From positions 33,300,437-33,364,436 of the forward strand of contig NC_092672.1 of NCBI RefSeq assembly GCF_964355755.1: a DNA stretch of 64,000 bases, written 5' to 3'. Positions 60,201 through 64,000 of this stretch are shown piece after piece. A model generated the notes under the pieces. It saw only the letters and a list, made by a program, of their open reading frames with translations. It was not told the DNA's origin and searched no databases. The stretch is from Antedon mediterranea (lineage: Eukaryota > Animalia > Echinodermata). The position numbers and the translations under genes were made by a program. How positions within the stretch are numbered: position 1 is the first letter of the stretch; each line of letters opens with the position of its first letter.

Positions 60201-63200
60201 GTAATATGATGTAAAACTCACGTTTGACAACAGTGTATCTGTTTAAAATAATAAATGTGTATCATGGTACAACAACATATACTGTACTGTAGTAATTTTT
60301 GCATACAGTAGCATTAACACTAGTACTTTCGCGTAATTGAAACTGTATTTAATGAGTGTGTATAATTATGTAGAGGTAGGCCTACTATACAATTGTCTAA
60401 ATTCAACCAGATCACGTGGTATTTTGATAGACTGGTGATAGAAGCTACAACGTTAATTAACACAAACTTCAGTTTTTCTTTGATCTTCTTCCCCATGAAT
60501 AAAATATCATGTCTAAGCTTATCAAAGTAAAAACTCAGTAAGTAACTTAAAATTATCCTGTACGTACTGTGTGTTAGCAGATCACGTGGTAAAGTTATGG
60601 ATTGGTAATCTCCACATCTTCCATCAACGCACACTTCAGTTTCTTTCTTATCTTGTTTCGCAGTGAATACCACATCATGTCTAAGATTATCAGAGTCAAA
60701 ACTTAAAGTCTGCACAGACAGCGTTTCTTCATTTTGAGTGTAATTCTGACCATCAGTGGCTGCGGTACTAATTTGTTGCTCCAAAGACTCAAGGATGGCA
60801 GAGGTTGTCTCAAGAGGGAGATCAGTGTCTGATGAATCAGATGAGAGCACTGCATCTACAGTATCGACTACAGCATCCGTGACCTGGAATCACAGCCATA
60901 TCACAGTATGATGTGCCCAAAAGGCTTTTGATATACTTCTTAATCTAACTAATTTCAAATGGCATATTTTCCATGCGGTTAATAGGACAATATCAAGCAT
61001 GATGTGTTCTGAGGATCAATTTTATGTTTTTTAACTTACAATTTCGTTTGTTGATTCAATATCAGTTATTTTTCCCAAAGCTACGGATACTTCTTGTATA
61101 TCAGCAGGCTGAAGGTCACCAGCGTCTGCTGTTTTCTCTACTATTTCCTCAAGCTCAACTGCAACCTCTTCTACATTATCTTCACTGACACCACTCTATT
61201 GACAATAATAATCAAGTTCAAAAAACATTTATTTATTCAACAATGGCATTATACAGTATAATATAATTATAGGTGTGTACATAAATGAAAACATACTAAA
61301 AAGCCATCATTTGGGGTCTTCTCTAGAAGAAAACAAGTTTCTTGTCTCGAGAAAGACCCCAGAAACAATACACATACATTTAAACTAATACAATTTATTA
61401 CATAAAATAATAAAAAAAAACAAAAACGATGAAATAAAAATAGATACTTTCAGTGTACTACAATCATAATAATATTAAAATTAGTATAAAGAAATAAGAT
61501 ATTTTTAAACATTTTTACGAAAAGTATAAAGAGATTTAAAATGCTTTAGTTTATCATCAAGATCATTCCAGATTCGCGGTCCTGAAACAGAAACAAAATA
61601 TTCGTAAATTCTCAGTCTAAAAGGAGGTACATCAAGATGCTGAAATTTATTGTCGATACGTAAATAGTACTTGTGTGATTTTGTATGATGACTTAATAGA
61701 TTAGACATTGTCAAAGGAAGCAATTTGTGTTGTAAATAGATCATGTAGACTAAGAATATTGAGTTTTTTAAGTAAAGGTTGGGAAGGGGCGAGATAGTGA
61801 GAGAAAGTAATAATACGGGCAGCACGTTTAATTTGTTTATTAAGTTTTTCTAAATTTGATGGGTAGTCGGCTGCCCAAATAATGTTGCAATAAAGAAGAT
61901 GAGGTTGTATAAGGGTGTTATATAACAAGAGTAAGATATGTTGTGGAAAAAAGTGTCTTAATTTACAAAGGATGCCAATTACTTTAGATATCTTTTTAGA
62001 TACATACGCTTGATGACTGGTCCATCTCAAGTATTCATGTAGATAAACTCCGAGGAATAGTACTTCGGGTTTACGTTCAATAATATTATTGTTAATGTAA
62101 ATATTAAGATTAGAGAAATCAATTTGTCTTTGTTGAGTACGAAATAAAATGTAATTAGTTTTCTGTACATTAACAATAAGCTTATTTGAGATGAACCAGT
62201 CAGTCATTTTATTTAGTTCAGTGTTAACGGTGTTATATAAGACATTGATATCAGAATGAGAAAACAAAATCGTAGTATCATCAGCAAAGGATATGACTTT
62301 CAGAGTGTCACTTGATCTAGAAAGATCATTTACATAAATTAAAAAATAGTACTGGTCCTAAAACCGACCCTTGAGGCACTCCGCAATTTACAGCCTCCAC
62401 TGATGATTTAAATGAGCCTAACGCAACATACTGTTTACGGTTTACTAAATAACTTTCAAACCAGTTTAATGCAATTCCTCTAATGCCATAATTAAATAAT
62501 TTACCAAGAAGAATTTTATGATTAATGACATCAAAAGCTTTTGACAAGTCTATAAAAAAATAGTTGTTAAAAGAAACGCACGTTTTTGAGTTTCTAGATT
62601 ATTGTTTACAAACGTAACTAAATATGAGGAGACGATAATCAAAAACTTACCTGTGTCAGGTTTTTTATTTGTGTAGATAGACCAGTTTCTATAATATCAA
62701 CAATTTCAGAATATAAATAATTGCGATTGTTATAATAATATTTAGGAAATCAGCTGGTTCAACTTCAAGTGTTGGGCAACGAAAATAATAACACAAGTAG
62801 CTTAATTTTAAACTGTGCAGGGTTGTAGAATCGAAAGACTTACCTATAGTTATATAAAATGAACAAGTATCCGTCTGTCTGACAACATCAGTTGTGGTGC
62901 ATATAACTTTTGTGATCGATCCAGTTTGATAAGATTCTCCCGGTTTACTGGTACAATAAACCGATGGTGGCGGTGTTTCATCATCGTTTGCTATTGGTAT
63001 TATCCAATCAGGAGATGGGTCCGTCGATGATATGTCACTGGGGCATTCGATTGTTGGTGGGATGTTATCTATTTTTAATAAACATACTCAGTATTTATTC
63101 CAAGAATAACGTGAGCACACTCTCTCATCATAAATAAAAACGTTATTTTAAATTTTATTATTTCATGTGTAGACGCATTAGAATAACACAAATAATAACA

Positions 63201-64000
63201 TACTGTACATAAATTATATATAGGAGGATGCTAAAACTAGTTTCATTGATTTGGCATCAGAGTTAAGAATAAGAAAAATAATACAAACATTTAGTTGCCA
63301 ATGGTTCTGATGTCCTCGTATCTGGTGTTGTAAACGATGGAAACGTACTTGTTAGTCCTAAAGTTGTATCTATCTCAAAAGTGGCTTGTTGCAACGTGGT
63401 TCCTGATACTGTTGATTCTACAGTTGTTGTGTCTGCCTCAATAGTGGTTTGCTGTAATGTTGTTACTGATTCTGTTGTAAACGATGGCAACGTTGTTTGC
63501 TCTACAGTTGCTGTTTCTGTCTCTACGGTGGTTTTCTGTAATGCTGTTCCTGGTTCTGTTGGAGATACAAACGTTGTTGGCTCTACAGTTGTTGTATCTG
63601 TCTCAATAGTGGTTTGCTGCAACGTTGTTCCTGATTCTGTTGTAGATGTAAACGTTGTTTGTTCTACAGTTGCTATATCTGTCTCAACAGTGGTTTGCTG
63701 CAACGTTGTTCCTGATTCTGTTGTAGATGCAAACGTTGTTTGTTCTACAGCTGTTGTGTCTGTCTCAACAGTGGTTTGCTGCAACGTTGTTCCTGATTCT
63801 GTTGTAGATGCAAACGTTGTTTGTTCTACAGTTGTTGTGTCTGTCTCAACAGTGGCTTGCTGCAACGTTGTTCCTGATTCTGTTGTAGATGCAAACGTTG
63901 TTGGTTCTACAGTTGTTGTGTCTGTCTTAACAGTGGTTTGCTGCAACGTTGTTCTTGATTCTGTTGTAGATGCAAACGTTGTTTGTTCTACAGCTGTTGT
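57249..64000 (-). CDS. Gene D: adhesion GPCR, mucin-HYR-GAIN/GPS-7TM (5' end beyond window)
   Basis: Mucin exon from beyond 64000 to 63289. HYR 63068-62844. GAIN 62688-62651, 61195-61040, 60883-60568, 60238-60066. GPS 59851-59693 (CTHL|TNFAILF). 7TM 59593-59478, 59223-58958, 58652-58586, 57867-57249. The frame is intact. Confidence 0.92.
60405..60540 (-). pseudogene. Degenerate duplicate of the 3' half of a GAIN exon
   Basis: Reads LSFYFDKLRHDILF.. then, after a frameshift, TEVCVN*RCSFYHQSIKIPRDLV. It lies immediately after the functional exon. Confidence 0.7.
61212..62560 (-). mobile_element. 5'-truncated CR1/L2-group LINE (RT domain, two frameshifts)
   Basis: Motifs DLSKAFD, GVPQGSVLGP, SFADDT and FLGVYL. 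ORF pieces 62547-62326, 62267-61701 and 61825-61505. The 3' end has AATAAATAAA and a TTGAACTTGA tail. Confidence 0.9.
63540..64000 (-). repeat. Coding 81-bp tandem repeat in the gene D mucin exon
   Basis: 27-aa unit TLQQTTVETDTTTVEQTTFASTTESGT with an 81-bp period (63781 versus 63862). Confidence 0.9.

Overview
AT-rich, intron-rich animal genomic DNA, probably from an invertebrate deuterostome such as an echinoderm (inferred from the HYR-rich proteins and a Deu/Nin-domain SINE). The window holds a tandem cluster of four paralogous adhesion GPCR genes. All four share the same GAIN-GPS-7TM exon skeleton and an intact HL|TNFAxLF autoproteolysis/tethered-agonist motif, but their ectodomains differ sharply. 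Gene A (+, about 4.3-34.5 kb) has a C-type lectin/HYR array and a micro-exon Ser/Thr stalk, and is possibly a chimera joined at a Helitron-like element. Gene B (-, 43325-35373) has MAM, a short mucin and HYR. Gene C (-, 55462-44573) has a single 4,854-bp mucin exon of 84-bp repeats with a 1,092-bp higher-order repeat, plus HYR. Gene D (-, runs off the window end, stop at 57249) has an 81-bp-repeat mucin plus HYR. Introns and flanks carry many mobile elements: Helitrons, a 5.1-kb Academ-like foldback, a miniature Gypsy-type LTR element, a CR1/L2-type LINE fragment, a Deu-SINE with nested MULE-type MITEs, several other MITE families and Penelope-type hammerhead ribozyme motifs. Exon boundaries were read by eye from GT/AG sites and reading frame. 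No database search was run.
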